From the NCBI GenBank assembly GCA_048213135.1, contig PS015078.1:107327-136328 (forward strand): a DNA stretch of 29,002 nucleotides. Reading direction: 5' to 3'. The notes below the pieces were generated by a model that saw nothing but the letters and a program-made list of their open reading frames with translations, was not told where the DNA came from and did not search any database. This DNA is from Reclinomonas americana ATCC 50394. Lineage: Eukaryota. This document shows positions 24,793 through 29,002 of this stretch, piece by piece. Each line of letters starts with the position of its first letter. Within the stretch, counting starts at the first letter, position 1. A program made the position numbers and the translations under genes.

Positions 24793-26086
24793 ACGTCATT
24801 TCTATTCTGTTTGTTTCTTTGTTGTTGCCGTCTCTCCTCTCTCTCTCTCTCTGTTTCTCTTCCCCTCAACTCTCTGTTACTCTGTGTGTGTGTGTGCGCG
24901 CGTGCAATGCGCAAGCGGGGCTCTCACTCTGCGAAGAACGGAGTGCGGGTCGCCCGCCGTGCGCACTCGCTGCCGGCACATGCATGGGGGGACAGACGAA
25001 CGATGGTGCTGTTTCTTCTACATACGCCTCTCCTGCTGCTGATGATGTCCGTGTCTTGTTGTTTGCCGTGATCGATGACTTAAAAAAATGCACAAACGAT
25101 GATAATTTCCATGCGNNNNNNNNNNNNNNNNNNNNNNNNNNNNNNNNNNNNNNNNNNNNNNNNNNNNNNNNNNNNNNNNNNNNNNNNNNNNNNNNNNNNN
25201 NNNNNNNNNNNNNNNNNNNNNNNNNNNNNNNNNNNNNNNNNNNNNNNNNNNNNNNNNNNNNNNNNNNNNNNNNNNNNNNNNNNNNNNNNNNNNNNNNNNN
25301 NNNNNNNNNNNNNNNNNNNNNNNNNNNNNNNNNNNNNNNGTGCAAGTGTGCGTGTGAGGGCGACGGAAGAGAGAGAGAGAGACAGAGAAACAAGAAAACA
25401 CATTTCGCGCGCGCGCGCGCATCATATCCAACAGGCACTCCACACTGCCATGATGGAACGAAACTTGATTCAGTTCATCATGATCGGGTGCGTCAAACAG
25501 GCGACGCGCTGTGGTTTGCCGCGGCCTTGAGCGCTGCGGCGAAGACATTTCCTCTCTTGGCTCACGAAAGGACGACGAGATATGTGGACGAGCGCGCGCG
25601 GGACGACCAATTTGTCACCCCCGCTCGAAAATGGCTTCCTCTCCGCCTCACTCCGCGCAGCGAGTGTGTGACTCGCCTGGTGTGGTGGTGCATGGCGACC
25701 ACGGTAAGCGGCGTGGACGAAAGCGTGTGCGATGCCCGAGATCGTGGCGAAATGCACATGTCCGGTGCGGATTGTGTGCTCGTGTTTTTTTTCTTTCTCG
25801 CGCGCGCGCGCGCGCGCTCTGGCAAGGTCAAATAGTTCCATTTTTGTTTGCACATGTACGAAGCGAGTGGAGCGTGTGACACGACAGTGGCCACGAGTCG
25901 GGAGGCAAAGAAAGAGTGACGCCACGCCTCACTTTTCACGGTGCAACCGGAAATGGAAGGTACGATGCGAAATGGGTATTGGTGTCACACAAGCAAATAC
26001 ACGCGTTTACAAGAAGTCAGAAGTCCGCGAGAGCACAGCAGAAAGCAGTGGCTGCGAGAGGTAGAGGAAGAGAGAGAGAGAGGGCT

Positions 26087-28286
<2,200 letters not shown>

Positions 28287-28385
28287 TGTGGTGAAGTTGT
28301 CTCGGCGCAACGAGCGAGTGAGAAAAATCGATGAAAAGGTGCCGTAAAATTTCCGCCTTGCCACTGCTGCACTCTTTACTTTGAT

Positions 28386-29002
28386 TCATGATCGCACTCG
28401 TAGAAAGTCGGACTCGGGGAAGTAGGGCTTGGAACTGCAGGTGCACGTGTGTGGGTGAGACAATCGTGCAGGGCGATGCAATTTTCTCCACCGCAACTCT
28501 TGATCTTGCTGCAGCTGCAACAGTCGCCGCTCCAGTTCTTGAATCTGGCGATCGCGCATGGAGATGGCCAGCTGCCGTTCCTCGGCCGCTTCACGCTTCT
28601 GCTGCATGAATCGAACCTTCATCTCCTGCAGCCGTGCCTGCATCTTCTCCTCAAACTCGCGCTCCAGCCGCTCCAGCTGCAGCACTTTGGCCGGCTGTGT
28701 GTGGGTGGAGCAGTCAGAAATAGAACGAATACCGGCGCGCCCTTTGCAAGACGCACCTGGCTCACAGCCGCATCGTCCAGCGCGTCAAACGTGAGCATGC
28801 CGGCCGGGGCGTTCTTCAGCCTCGCCAGATCGCGGACCTGCACGCAACGCAGTGAGTGGCGCTTGCGGAAAAACCGATATCGAGCCCAGTTTTTGCGGGC
28901 GTGTACGCAACTCGCTGTCGGAGAGCCACGAGCTCTTTGTGGTACAGCGTCTCGGTCTCGGCCAGCACATCGTTGCGGCGGCGGATCTGCTCACGCATCA
29001 AG
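28386..29002 (-). CDS. 3' part of an unknown coiled-coil protein
   Basis: E/Q/R/K/L-rich exons (LQLERLEREFEEKMQARLQEMK...; MREQIRRRNDVLAETETLYHKELVALRQR) separated by GT-AG introns. TGA stop at 28388-28386. Confidence 0.65.

Noticed and set aside
24793-26086. ORFs and short (CG)n runs between the convergent genes
   Set aside because: No recognisable protein motif or coding bias; the longer ORFs depend on the N gap or microsatellites.

Overview
Intron-rich eukaryotic (protist-like) genomic scaffold using the standard genetic code, with short GT-AG introns, CA/CT microsatellites and several N gaps. Most entries in the ORF track are fragments or spurious. Manual splicing gives seven gene models: (1) a giant polycystin-1/adhesion-receptor-like protein (NHL propellers, IPT/TIG-like repeats, CUB, REJ-like region, GPS, TM; minus strand); (2) a head-to-head G-protein alpha subunit; (3) molybdenum cofactor sulfurase; (4, 5) two divergent Ser/Pro/Arg-rich proteins with FGSxxxR-like motifs; (6) an enolase with an N-terminal RIIa/Dpy-30-like docking domain; (7) the 3' end of a coiled-coil gene. 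The main finding is an abundant second class of 5' splice sites, GTTGCG(T), which is the usual GTGCGT shifted by one nucleotide and used almost only when the last exon base is not G. A second finding is that three gap-bounded segments (1-780, 18664-19160, 19402-20362) are reversed in place; flipping them restores three genes with exact codon phase.
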